From: an uncultured virus (IMG/VR IMGVR_UViG_3300035520_000906)
Lineage: Duplodnaviria > Heunggongvirae > Uroviricota > Caudoviricetes
Reading direction: 5' to 3' (one strand)
DNA length: 64,000 nucleotides
Virus record (IMG/VR): IMGVR_UViG_3300035520_000906
Shown: positions 39,422-49,261 of the stretch, one piece after another
Numbering within the stretch: position 1 is the first letter of the stretch
How the letters are laid out: every line of letters starts with the position of its first letter
The notes under the pieces: generated by a model
What the model was told of the DNA's origin: nothing
Databases searched by the model: none
The model's input: the letters and a program-made list of their open reading frames with translations, nothing else
Position numbers and translations under genes: made by a program

Positions 39422-40597
39422 TTATAATCTTGATGGCTTTATTCCTTTTATTATTATCTTACAATTCTCAATATCTCTCTCCAACTTATTTACATCAAGT
39501 GTCATAGCATCAAAATTCTGTTCAACATTATCATCATATTTGTCCAATATATTTATTATTAAAGCTAATACTTGTGTAGCTATCTCACTAAGTATATCCA
39601 TGTTTTCGTCTAATAAACCCTCTATATAATCTATGTTACATGCAAGGTCTATTGAGTCATATAATGCTTTATATGTGTCTAACTTGGCTGTACTATTATT
39701 AAATTCTTGCATATCTAACTTAATAAAGTGTATGTTCAAAATTCTTGGAATAGGTGTATTTAATCGAGCTGAAAATGCTAGAGTATTTCTATAGTCTCTT
39801 TCATAACATGAAACTATTATACTGAAACTTTCTAGCCTACTGTCTATATCACTAATGTTACTTGTTTTAATAAATATTGAGTTTACTATTCTTCTGCTTT
39901 TTACTAAGTTTACTTTAAATGGATATTTACTACTATCATATGTAGTTGCATTTAATTTGCCCTTTTCATATTTGTCATCTATCTTATTATTAAAGTCAAT
40001 AGCTTCCTTTCTTTCTGTTTTTTCTAACTCTACTAATTCATCTTTTATTGTGTCTTTAATTTTATTTAAGTCCGATATATCTATAATTTGTCTAGGATTA
40101 TTTGCATATTTAAAAGGTACTATTCCTCTACACTTTATCTCACCGTTATGTATGTCAGTTGTTACTATATTGAGTAACCGTCTAACTTTGTCATAGTCAG
40201 TAGTTATGTCTAATATTACATAAACTAAGTTTATTAACTCTTCTGCTTTTTTATTAAAAAAATCTATGTTCTGCTGTACTATGTGTTCTGTATACTCCCA
40301 CCAAGTATACATCATTTTCGCTAATTCTATTTCTTCAATCTTTAATTCGTTTTGGTCAATATCCATAGAATATAATGTTGTTAGACATCTGTCTTTATAC
40401 TCAGGTATATTTATATATGATTCTAAATTTATATTAATTATATAACCTGGCATATATCTATGTTCATTGCGAGCTATTCTAAGCCTAAAGTTATCTATTC
40501 TTGAATCTATTGCTACCTCATACTTAATTACTGATGGTTTAAAGTCAAGTTCTTCATTTATACTTAAACCTTTGAATTTTATATTGGGCTTCTCCAT
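39422..40597 (-). CDS. YSKEE-motif array protein (long, 391 aa)
   Basis: ELAKMMYTWWEYTEHIV; C-terminal half resembles 40619..41266 (LD..EF...T....TYK.LY ... GIKP). Confidence 0.75.
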   Translation of the reverse strand: MEKPNIKFKGLSINEELDFKPSVIKYEVAIDSRIDNFRLRIARNEHRYMPGYIININLESYINIPEYKDRCLTTLYSMDIDQNELKIEEIELAKMMYTWWEYTEHIVQQNIDFFNKKAEELINLVYVILDITTDYDKVRRLLNIVTTDIHNGEIKCRGIVPFKYANNPRQIIDISDLNKIKDTIKDELVELEKTERKEAIDFNNKIDDKYEKGKLNATTYDSSKYPFKVNLVKSRRIVNSIFIKTSNISDIDSRLESFSIIVSCYERDYRNTLAFSARLNTPIPRILNIHFIKLDMQEFNNSTAKLDTYKALYDSIDLACNIDYIEGLLDENMDILSEIATQVLALIINILDKYDDNVEQNFDAMTLDVNKLERDIENCKIIIKGIKPSRL

Positions 40598-40618
40598 GAT
40601 TACTACACCTCCTAACTG

Positions 40619-41266
40619 TTAAAATGTTCTACCATAATATGACTTTATTGCAAATAAAGGTTTTTGTAAGTTTCTATCATAGTATGGTTTTATCCCATCT
40701 ACTGTTATCTCGTTCCATCTTATGTTTACAGCAAAATCCTCTAATTTATTTGCTACCTCTTGTATATATAACCTTATATCTTCTCTACCTATCATATCTG
40801 AGTATCCATTTACTATGTCAACTATTTCTCTTAGTATTGGTATCATAATATGTTTAAATGTTTCTATGTTTGAATTTAGTAGTTTTGCTAAATATTCTTC
40901 ACTTCTTTCTAATTCCTTTTCACTATAAAGTAATTTGTATGTTGCTACTTCATCTGTGCAACTATCAAACTCCTCTAAGTCAAGTGCACCAAAATATAGA
41001 TCTATCTTTCTCTCCCAATCGTCTACTATTCCATTAAGCTTACCAAGGTCTAATGAGAAGTGTAAAGCTACTTCTGCTCTTGCATCAAATTTGGATGAAA
41101 ATAAGTTTACATCTATATCAAGGTCTGGTATCTTCTTAGATAGATTTTTTATATTGCAAGTTACATGACTTTCTGACATGTTAGTTTCTTTGAATGGAGT
41201 TAATTCTATTCTATGCTCAAACTCTCTATACTCCATTGGACTTATGTTTAAACTGTACTGTTCCAT
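40619..41266 (-). CDS. YSKEE-motif array protein (divergent)
   Basis: VATYKLLYSEKELERSEEYLAKLL. Confidence 0.7.
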   Translation of the reverse strand: MEQYSLNISPMEYREFEHRIELTPFKETNMSESHVTCNIKNLSKKIPDLDIDVNLFSSKFDARAEVALHFSLDLGKLNGIVDDWERKIDLYFGALDLEEFDSCTDEVATYKLLYSEKELERSEEYLAKLLNSNIETFKHIMIPILREIVDIVNGYSDMIGREDIRLYIQEVANKLEDFAVNIRWNEITVDGIKPYYDRNLQKPLFAIKSYYGRTF

Positions 41267-41303
41267 GATTTATTTACTCCCTGTATTATCTATCTTTTTC
41301 ATT

Positions 41304-42197
41304 TTACTCCGATGTATATGTGCCATTATCTATTTCTCTCATTTTTTCTTCAAATATAGAATCTACTATTCCATACTGTTCAATTAGTCTATCCGTCAAA
41401 ACTGATGTATTAAATATTGAAGTTTCTAGTTTACTTAGTTTAATATTTTTAACTTCGCCAGCTAATGAAAAGTAATTACTTAATTTATTATATGTTAAAG
41501 GTGCATAATTTAAACTACTTTCATCACCTTTAATAAACTCTAGTAAAACATACTGTCTTATTACATAATCTCTGTATATTTTAGTAACTCCAACTGTATA
41601 TAATTTATTGTTAGCTGATACTCTTGTGTATCCTTCTATGTTCTCTAACCCACCTACTCTATTGCATCCTATATTAATTATATGATATTTATTATAGTCA
41701 ATAAATCCGTTTGCTTTTACAGCGTATTTTCTACAATTATTATGTGCAAAGAATATATAATCACCGTAACTGTTAGTTTCACAACACTTTTTTAGATAGT
41801 CTGTTGCCCTGTCTAACACTTCTGATATGTACTCTATTTTTTCTCCTATATTTCCTTTCTGTTCTATGACTCTTCTTATATAATCTTCTGGAGAATACAT
41901 CATCTTTGCCAGTGTTTCATTATAATCATTTATATCAACATTAATTATCTCTGGTAACATACAATAGCTTAAATAGATTCTGTCTGTGTCAACTAATACT
42001 TCAAATATAAACTCTATTGTACTTTTATCATTATTACTATGTACAAATATACCTATTCTTATAGGATCCTCTTCGTATTTTCCTTCGTAACCCAGTAAAA
42101 GTCCTATGCCATCACAGTAATCTTTGTATAAACTATTATGTGTTCCTACATAATGAAACTCTGTAATCTTCATAATTTTACAATTTTCCTCATACAT
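41304..42197 (-). CDS. YSKEE-motif array protein (double unit)
   Basis: TLAKMMYSPEDYIRRVIEQKGNI ... YGIVDSIF. Confidence 0.8.
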   Translation of the reverse strand: MYEENCKIMKITEFHYVGTHNSLYKDYCDGIGLLLGYEGKYEEDPIRIGIFVHSNNDKSTIEFIFEVLVDTDRIYLSYCMLPEIINVDINDYNETLAKMMYSPEDYIRRVIEQKGNIGEKIEYISEVLDRATDYLKKCCETNSYGDYIFFAHNNCRKYAVKANGFIDYNKYHIINIGCNRVGGLENIEGYTRVSANNKLYTVGVTKIYRDYVIRQYVLLEFIKGDESSLNYAPLTYNKLSNYFSLAGEVKNIKLSKLETSIFNTSVLTDRLIEQYGIVDSIFEEKMREIDNGTYTSE

Positions 42198-42987
42198 ATA
42201 GCTGTTTGTCTATTGCATCCATTTGTTTAATAAACTCTTCATCTACGATGTGATAATCTGTTACTAGCTTGTCCAATAAATTTGTTAATGTAAATATCTC
42301 AACATATAAGTTAGGTATTGTAAGTATCTTTATATTACTGTGTGCTACTTGTCCACCCTCTGATTCACTATTTATTATATGTGTATTTGTTGAGTACATA
42401 AAGTCTGTTACTTCTTTTTTCTCTACAATATCAACTGTTGTGAATGTTTCTATTTTGTATTCTTTATAGTTCTTATATGCTGATACAATATATTTTCCTG
42501 CAAATGACCTTATATTTCCTATGTCTACATATAAGTCCAATGGATTAATACCTAAATATTTATCTGCACTTATGTTTAAAGTATCACTTATAATACCATA
42601 CATTATGCATTTCTTAATTTCCTCATCAGCTTTATCCAGTGCAAATCCTATGTTTTCTATCTTTTCCTGTATCTTTCCTCTTGTCTTTATTATGTAGTGT
42701 ATATAATCTTTGAGCGGATACATCATTTTTACTATGTTTTCTTCATCACTAGTGTTGCCAATCTCTATTGTTTCTGGAATTGAAAAATAATCTATTACTA
42801 CACCAGCAGTTTTTCTGTATACTTGTATCAAATAATCTATTTTGTTTTCATTATAATAGACTGTTATTACAGTAAAATCCAGTTTTATATCCTTATAATT
42901 CCCAGTATATGTTGCTGGTAATAAAAGTCCATATCCATTATAACCTCTATCATATGCTCCAATAAATTTTATATCTGTGATCGGCAC
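42190..42987 (-). CDS. YSKEE-motif array protein (double unit)
   Basis: NIVKMMYPLKDYIHYIIKTRGKI ... GINPLDL ... YHIVDEEF. Confidence 0.8.
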   Translation of the reverse strand: MPITDIKFIGAYDRGYNGYGLLLPATYTGNYKDIKLDFTVITVYYNENKIDYLIQVYRKTAGVVIDYFSIPETIEIGNTSDEENIVKMMYPLKDYIHYIIKTRGKIQEKIENIGFALDKADEEIKKCIMYGIISDTLNISADKYLGINPLDLYVDIGNIRSFAGKYIVSAYKNYKEYKIETFTTVDIVEKKEVTDFMYSTNTHIINSESEGGQVAHSNIKILTIPNLYVEIFTLTNLLDKLVTDYHIVDEEFIKQMDAIDKQLYV

Positions 42988-43847
42988 TACTTTTCCTCCA
43001 GGATTCTATCACAATAATTCATTTGTTTCTGATAAATCTCATCTGCTACACCATATACTTCTATCAATCGTTCAAATATATCTCCATCTGTGAATCTATG
43101 TCTTTCAATATTTTTCAGAGTAATATATAAATTTTCGTCTGATATTAAGTTATCATACATATCAATTTCAGAAGTATATTCATATTTTATTATAACTTTA
43201 TCAGTTGTTTCTTCTAATATTTTAAATGTAAAATTAGCAATTATTTTAATACCTTTATATATTTTATATGTTGGTACTTCATAAATTTCATTATCTTCAA
43301 AATACTTATCATAGTCTATCTCTATTTGTAGCTTATTTGTATCATCAAATTTGAACATGTCTATGAAGTAATCATCCCTTGTGTTCCTTCCACCCTCAAA
43401 TTTAGTTACTGTTTCTGATGGTTTATTTTCTGCTATACATCTGTCTATCTCTATTTCTGCTGAATGTATTATTGAACAAACTTTGTCTAATTTTGCTTGA
43501 ATGTTTCCTCTTTTTTCTATGATGTATCTAATATAATCTGAAAAACTATACATCATTTTAAGTAGTAGTTCTTCGTCTTCATTATTGTTCAGTATAAGTG
43601 TTTCTGGTTTTGTACAGTACATCCAGCTTGACCACTTCCATTTCAAAGTTGCACCAAACATAAAATCCAGTGATTTGTCTTCTTTATGATAAAGTGTATC
43701 TACTCTAAATGATATTGGTTGATTATCATAGCTGCCTTCATAATTTATTGATACGCTTTTTCCATACCTACAATCTATTGATGCTGTTCCGTTACCATAT
43801 TTTCCACTAGGTACTACGCTTACTAATGTTAAGTCTTCAAATTTCAT
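42987..43847 (-). CDS. YSKEE-motif array protein (double unit)
   Basis: LLLKMMYSFSDYIRYIIEKRGNI ... YGVADEIY. Confidence 0.8.
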   Translation of the reverse strand: MKFEDLTLVSVVPSGKYGNGTASIDCRYGKSVSINYEGSYDNQPISFRVDTLYHKEDKSLDFMFGATLKWKWSSWMYCTKPETLILNNNEDEELLLKMMYSFSDYIRYIIEKRGNIQAKLDKVCSIIHSAEIEIDRCIAENKPSETVTKFEGGRNTRDDYFIDMFKFDDTNKLQIEIDYDKYFEDNEIYEVPTYKIYKGIKIIANFTFKILEETTDKVIIKYEYTSEIDMYDNLISDENLYITLKNIERHRFTDGDIFERLIEVYGVADEIYQKQMNYCDRILEEK

Positions 43848-43853
43848 CCTTGA

Positions 43854-44216
43854 TTATTTCCTCTTATAGTGCTCACATTTATACTCGTACAATCTTTTGC
43901 ACATATTTTCCATTTCAATTTTAATGATACATTCGTTTAATATCTCTGTTATTAAGCTTTCTCCATCGTATATCATTAATTTTAATGGTAAGTCTTTTAT
44001 CTTAATTGTTTTTTCAGGTGTATCTCCTTTAATCTCAGGTGTTGATATTATAAACCCACTTATCTTATAAGAAACTGATTCTGTCTCTGCATGTATAGCA
44101 AGTGCAACTGCTATACTTATCAATGATTTATTATATTCAAATATAATAATCGACTTATGTTTTCCAGTTTCTTCAGATGATACTTCATCTTGCATTACAC
44201 AGTATTTGTCTGTCAC
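43854..44216 (-). CDS. YSKEE-motif array protein (single unit, divergent)
   Basis: DLPLKLMIYDGESLITEIL. Confidence 0.7.
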   Translation of the reverse strand: MTDKYCVMQDEVSSEETGKHKSIIIFEYNKSLISIAVALAIHAETESVSYKISGFIISTPEIKGDTPEKTIKIKDLPLKLMIYDGESLITEILNECIIKIEMENMCKRLYEYKCEHYKRK

Positions 44217-44923
44217 TGCTTGTTTTCCTCCAATGTTGTGAATGCTTTCACAAATATTCCATCTAGTAAGTCTTTTAATATTACTAGATTAAACACAAGT
44301 TCATTATAATCAAGTGATTGTTGCTGTTGATTATTTAATATGTATGAATAATCATAGCTGTGATTACTTAATCTAAACTCTTGTTTATTGTTTAATGTTT
44401 TACATGTACAATCATAATCTACTATTAGCTTCTGCTTACTTTTATCATGATTGAAATGAAAGTTTGCTTCTAAATCTAATGCAATCTCATTATGTGCTAC
44501 CGCTGCTAATATTTTACAGTTTGTTCCATTTATTATTTTATCTGACAATCTAATTCTAAATCTCTTAGGATTACTACTGCACATGTATTCTAATCTAAGT
44601 TCTATGTCTTCAAATATCTGTTGCTCAAATATTAAATTTCTTATGATTTCTTCCTTTGTATATAATGACAATGTATCTGTGCTAATATCTGGAATTATTT
44701 GCATATCAGTTTCAAATACACTTTTATTTTCTAGTTTATCTATGAGTGTAAAATTACCTCTATAACTTATTGATATTATATCATCTGTTATAATAAACTT
44801 AAACTCTGTTTCGAATATTTTGTCAAATTGATTACTACTGCTTGTTAATTTTACATCGAAGTCATCTTCTGTAATGTTCGAGTAATACCTGTCTATTGAT
44901 ATGTTTGTATTCTCTTTATTCAT
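44213..44923 (-). CDS. YSKEE-motif array protein (double unit)
   Basis: DISTDTLSLYTKEEIIRNLI. Confidence 0.8.
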   Translation of the reverse strand: MNKENTNISIDRYYSNITEDDFDVKLTSSSNQFDKIFETEFKFIITDDIISISYRGNFTLIDKLENKSVFETDMQIIPDISTDTLSLYTKEEIIRNLIFEQQIFEDIELRLEYMCSSNPKRFRIRLSDKIINGTNCKILAAVAHNEIALDLEANFHFNHDKSKQKLIVDYDCTCKTLNNKQEFRLSNHSYDYSYILNNQQQQSLDYNELVFNLVILKDLLDGIFVKAFTTLEENKQ

Positions 44924-45026
44924 TGTATAACCTCTTTTTAGTATTGTATATCTATTAAAATTTTTACTAATTACTTATCATACAAAACTGTTTGTTACAT
45001 TGTTACCTAATGTTTTGTATTTATCA

Positions 45027-45551
45027 ACTAGTCTATTATATTCTATGTATTATTAATTTTTCTAACTAGTATACCAAATACATCATAGTTGTTATTTGAA
45101 TTTTTCTCACTAGTCAGTTTTTTATAGTATTTATGTCTATGAAATTTAGATGCTATTTTAATTTTACTAACTAGTATATTGAAAATACTATATTCGCTAT
45201 TTGAATTTTTCTCACTAGTCAGTTTTCTCACTATCTGAATGTTTTGTGTTAGTTATATATGCTATGTTTGAATTACTATTGTTGACTATACATCATACTG
45301 ATACTATTGTAATACATACTGTTTTTTCGTGATTATTAGTATGTATTACTTTATTACTATAATGATATAATTTGAAATGACTTTTTAGTTTTCATCACTA
45401 GTATATCAAAAATTATATAGTTGCTTCTCTAATTTTTCTCACTAGTTAATTTTTTACACTAATTATGTTTTGAATTTTGATATGCATTTGTATATTTTCT
45501 CACTAGTATATTGAAAACTATATAGTTGTTATGCAATTTTTTCTCACTAGT
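45027..45551. repeat. Intergenic phased ACTAGT-core repeats
   Basis: ACTAGT at 45027, 45065, 45109, 45170, 45214, 45397, 45441, 45502, 45546 (spacings 38,44,61,44,183,44,61,44). Confidence 0.9.
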
Positions 45552-45567
45552 ATATTTTTCTTATTTT

Positions 45568-45933
45568 CTACTGTAATATACAATTATTAGTTACTGCATT
45601 TACTTTTTCTACTGCTTCATCTAATATGCAGTCTAATTCTCTATCTGTATTTACCATTTTGTTTACAAGCTCTTTCTTTGAATAAACTGCCAATTCAGTG
45701 TCAGACAACTTTGTCTCTGCTGTACCAAACATATTATCTAAGCCCTTATGATTTATAAGTACTCTAAATTTACATTCTAATACTGTTGTATTATTCTCTT
45801 CTTTAAAGTAAAACTGTCCAAACAATTCGATTACTACATGACCTTTTCTGTCTACTACCTCTGATATTACAAAACTCTTACCCCCGTCATCTACTCTTAT
45901 CACGTATTCATATTTTCCCTCTGTCTTATTCAC
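45568..45933 (-). CDS. YSKEE-motif array protein (single unit)
   Basis: KLSDTELAVYSKKELVNKMV. Confidence 0.8.
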   Translation of the reverse strand: MNKTEGKYEYVIRVDDGGKSFVISEVVDRKGHVVIELFGQFYFKEENNTTVLECKFRVLINHKGLDNMFGTAETKLSDTELAVYSKKELVNKMVNTDRELDCILDEAVEKVNAVTNNCILQ

Positions 45934-46311
45934 TTATTTTCTAACCTCCAATTCTTCTTTTACCTGTTCTATTAGTGAATCAAATTGTTCATCAAATATT
46001 CTTTGTTTGTTGACTATCTTGTCTATCAGTTCTTCCTTTGTGTATAATGCTAATTCAGTATATAATACTTGTATACTTCCATCATTCTTATGTGTTTTAA
46101 GCTGTGAATTTACTAATACTAAAAATTCATAATGATACCTAAATAATGCACTATTGTTTAGATTTTCAAAATATACTGTTGATGTAAATTCAATGAAGCA
46201 ACTTCTATCTACTGAAACGCCAGCAGATACAATAAAATGACCATTTTGTCCCTGTACTATTCTATATGTTAAATCAGCTGCTTTCATACTGTTTACTTCC
46301 TTTATTAACAT
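45934..46311 (-). CDS. YSKEE-motif array protein (single unit)
   Basis: QVLYTELALYTKEELIDKIV; likely start MKAADL at 46287. Confidence 0.8.
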   Translation of the reverse strand: MLIKEVNSMKAADLTYRIVQGQNGHFIVSAGVSVDRSCFIEFTSTVYFENLNNSALFRYHYEFLVLVNSQLKTHKNDGSIQVLYTELALYTKEELIDKIVNKQRIFDEQFDSLIEQVKEELEVRK

Positions 46312-46646
46312 TATAAATTTCGTTCATCTAACAAATTGTTTATCTGTTTATCTAATACTCTATCCTTGTTTACTAACTTTTTAACTAGTTCTTTCTTTGA
46401 ATAAAGAGCTAACTCCACATCTGATACTTGCAAAACACCTGCTGCTCTATTGCTGATTACTGAAGGTTCTAGTGATTGTAATAAGATTCCATATGATAAT
46501 ACAATATCTTTATCTATTTCCTTAAACTCTAAGTTTAAGTTTATATACAATAAACTTGTGTTGTCACTACCTTGATAAAAAGCTTGCATGTGAAACAAAT
46601 TTTTATCCATAAAGTTCAATTTAAAATTTATATCTTCTGCTTTCAT
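46311..46646 (-). CDS. YSKEE-motif array protein (single unit)
   Basis: QVSDVELALYSKKELVKKLV. Confidence 0.8.
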   Translation of the reverse strand: MKAEDINFKLNFMDKNLFHMQAFYQGSDNTSLLYINLNLEFKEIDKDIVLSYGILLQSLEPSVISNRAAGVLQVSDVELALYSKKELVKKLVNKDRVLDKQINNLLDERNL

Positions 46647-46671
46647 TATTTATGCCCTCTATATTTATTAT

Positions 46672-47151
46672 CTAAAATACTCCAAACTCATATGTGTATC
46701 CTTTTTCGTTACAATATTTTTCTACTTTGCTAAATTCATCTTTTACATGTAAACTGAAATCTGAAAAGTTAATTTTGTCATATATTATACGTTGCATTAA
46801 ATCAAATTTTGAGTATAACAGTAATTCTATGTTGTTTATTTCTAGTTTATTCTTTAATACTTTTGCATGCCTACAAAATTCATTGAACTTATCTATATCT
46901 TCAAAGTCTAATCCAACTCCAAGATAGTTTGGGTCTGTTAAGTATACTGTGTATTTTATTATTGACTTGTTTTCATTGCTATCTGAGAACTCAAATCTCA
47001 CATAAAACTTTGCAGGAAATTTATCACCAGTGCATGTATTTGATATATTTATATTTTGTACATAATATATTCTTACTATGTATATAAATACATTGTCTGC
47101 TAGCTTTCTTTTATAATTTATATCAACCTTTGCACTGTATTCCTGCTTCAT
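46672..47151 (-). CDS. YSKEE-motif array protein (single unit)
   Basis: EINNIELLLYSKFDLMQRII. Confidence 0.8.
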   Translation of the reverse strand: MKQEYSAKVDINYKRKLADNVFIYIVRIYYVQNINISNTCTGDKFPAKFYVRFEFSDSNENKSIIKYTVYLTDPNYLGVGLDFEDIDKFNEFCRHAKVLKNKLEINNIELLLYSKFDLMQRIIYDKINFSDFSLHVKDEFSKVEKYCNEKGYTYEFGVF

Positions 47152-47155
47152 ATGG

Positions 47156-47602
47156 TTATTTATATTCCTCCCCTACGTACACTGGTATTATATACTTTTT
47201 TACTATATTAGTTACCAACTCTTCTTTTGTATACAACATAGCTTCAATGTCACTTATTTTTGTCTGTCCACTAACATTTCTATCTGACTTCTTTAAAGAT
47301 AATAAATTAAGTGTATATGCATCATAGGTTACTATTGTGTTATATTTATCAAATAGCTTATGTTTATCTGTAAACTTTACTTGTCCATATAATTCTAATG
47401 TGAAAAGTCTAAAGATGTCATCAGTGTCATCAATATAATATGATGATTCAGTGCTCTCATATGTTATGTATGCTTCAAAATTATACAGCATATCTCCAGG
47501 TTTTAATTTGGATCTTAATAAAATACCTTTTGTAACTTTATTTATATTTAGTACTTCTACATTAGTTGGTTTGTATAATACTGGTTTTGTTTTGTATCTC
47601 AT
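47156..47602 (-). CDS. YSKEE-motif array protein (single unit)
   Basis: KISDIEAMLYTKEELVTNIV. Confidence 0.8.
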   Translation of the reverse strand: MRYKTKPVLYKPTNVEVLNINKVTKGILLRSKLKPGDMLYNFEAYITYESTESSYYIDDTDDIFRLFTLELYGQVKFTDKHKLFDKYNTIVTYDAYTLNLLSLKKSDRNVSGQTKISDIEAMLYTKEELVTNIVKKYIIPVYVGEEYK

Positions 47603-48286
47603 TTAGTTAGACTCTTTCTCCATAAGATAATTCTTAATCTCTGGGAGTATCCAAATCTCAATTATACGTTTCATATTAGCTTCAAGTGTGATATCCTTCA
47701 ATTTCCATCCGTATAAGCTATATTCCTTACTGTCTTTTGTAAATGTCTCCAATTTCTCATTATCTTTACTAAATTCTGCTGTATATTCATATGTAATAAA
47801 TGGTTTATCTAATTTAGTATTTGCTATATTAAATGATACTGTTAAGTCTATTGCTATTCCGTTATGTTGAGTGGTTATTTTATATGTTTTATTATCATCA
47901 TCTACTGTGTCTATGCTTCTTATTATATAGTTATTTATAGATTCTTTATCGTTAAACATTTCTATTATACTGTTCAATAAATTATTCTTATTGAACAGAT
48001 ACTCAACTAACTCTGGTCCATCATACATTAATGCTTCGAGAGCTGTTGCCTCCATAGTGTTTAACTCTAAGTAATACTCTTTTTCTATTACATCTTCAGT
48101 GTGTTCTTTCTTATCTTTAATAAGCATTACTTCACCATAGTATTCTATCTTGTTATATTCTTTTTGGCTCGTTGTTACATCTAAAAATATAGTATTACCA
48201 TTATATTTAGTGTCTGTCTCTAATGTCATTCTGCCTCTATAAATTCCTTTTCCTACATTTGCAGTCATTCTTAATGTTTTTTCCAT
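47603..48286 (-). CDS. YSKEE-motif array protein (double unit)
   Basis: EATALEALMYDGPELVEYLF; alignable by eye with 48308..49018. Confidence 0.75.
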   Translation of the reverse strand: MEKTLRMTANVGKGIYRGRMTLETDTKYNGNTIFLDVTTSQKEYNKIEYYGEVMLIKDKKEHTEDVIEKEYYLELNTMEATALEALMYDGPELVEYLFNKNNLLNSIIEMFNDKESINNYIIRSIDTVDDDNKTYKITTQHNGIAIDLTVSFNIANTKLDKPFITYEYTAEFSKDNEKLETFTKDSKEYSLYGWKLKDITLEANMKRIIEIWILPEIKNYLMEKESN

Positions 48287-48307
48287 ACTATCTCCCTCAA
48301 TCTTTGT

Positions 48308-49018
48308 TTATGGTCGTGTACTCATTACAACTTCGTTTTGAATAAAACCATTATCTATGTATGCCTGTATACTTGGAATGATAAATACTTCAAATATATG
48401 TCTTAATCTGTCATTTACACTGTACAGTCCTACCTGTTCCTCTGACATATAAAATTCTTTATTATCAATTTTATGCGTACTTAGTAACTTTCCGTTTTCT
48501 TTAATCTCTGCTATGTACCCATAACAAATTGTTCTGTCATCTGAATAAAATTTACTTGTATCATAATATGATACAATATCTATCCCCATTCCTTTATAAT
48601 ATGTTACTATCCTACATGTTGCTGTATTTTCATCAATCATGTGGTTTTCTTTCATTTCATATCTATTTATTGTATCAGTTTCAAAAAGCTTCATAAACTT
48701 ACTTATCATGTACTCATCATCCAATGCACGTTTAATCAGTTCTTCTCTGCTATAAACTGTTCTTTCTAAGTCTGATATAGGTACTCTTGTTGGATGAATA
48801 AAGTACTCTTTTAATATATTATCTGCATTTTGACCAGTAGCTGTTTTATCCAATAATGATACTTGTCCATGATATCTTATATCAGATTCATTAATTTGAG
48901 CAATAAGGTCAAATACTACAATATATCCGCAAACATAAATATATGGTCGTATCTTTACTCTATATTTATCAGGTCCAAGATACTTATTTGCGCTTACTGT
49001 GACTTTACTAAAGCTCAT
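48308..49018 (-). CDS. YSKEE-motif array protein (double unit; first gene of the array)
   Basis: PISDLERTVYSREELIKRAL; AAGGAGG RBS. Confidence 0.8.
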   Translation of the reverse strand: MSFSKVTVSANKYLGPDKYRVKIRPYIYVCGYIVVFDLIAQINESDIRYHGQVSLLDKTATGQNADNILKEYFIHPTRVPISDLERTVYSREELIKRALDDEYMISKFMKLFETDTINRYEMKENHMIDENTATCRIVTYYKGMGIDIVSYYDTSKFYSDDRTICYGYIAEIKENGKLLSTHKIDNKEFYMSEEQVGLYSVNDRLRHIFEVFIIPSIQAYIDNGFIQNEVVMSTRP

Positions 49019-49212
49019 TCCTTTACCTCCTTAAAATTTAACTTTATTAAAATATAAATATGTATTTTTTCTAGTATCAACTAGTCTGATTTTTAAAAAT
49101 TTCCATATTTTAATGTCTTATAACATATAAAATTGTTTTCATTAATTTATAATTGAACATATTATTTTATAAATATTGCTGATTTAGTAAATTTTTATTA
49201 TATTACAAAATA

Positions 49213-49252
49213 AGGAGTGAATAAACTGATGTTGCTATGCTTATTCACTCCT
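49213..49252 (-). terminator. Intrinsic terminator
   Basis: 12-bp stem AGGAGTGAATAA/TTATTCACTCCT after the J-domain gene. Confidence 0.7.
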
Positions 49253-49261
49253 ATTTAATGG

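Noticed and set aside
45043..45231. 62-aa ORF inside the repeat region
   Set aside because: Its internal repeat (KLTSEKNSN x2) simply mirrors the DNA repeat; no RBS and no array motif.
45027..45551. CRISPR array
   Set aside because: Repeats are degenerate, spacing alternates 44/61 bp, the intervening sequences resemble each other, and there are no cas genes.
23790..49018. Integron cassette array or DGR-diversified locus
   Set aside because: Genes mostly overlap or are separated by a few tens of bp with no attC-like repeats; there is no reverse transcriptase and I saw no near-identical TR/VR pair; motif conservation is synonymous-codon tolerant.
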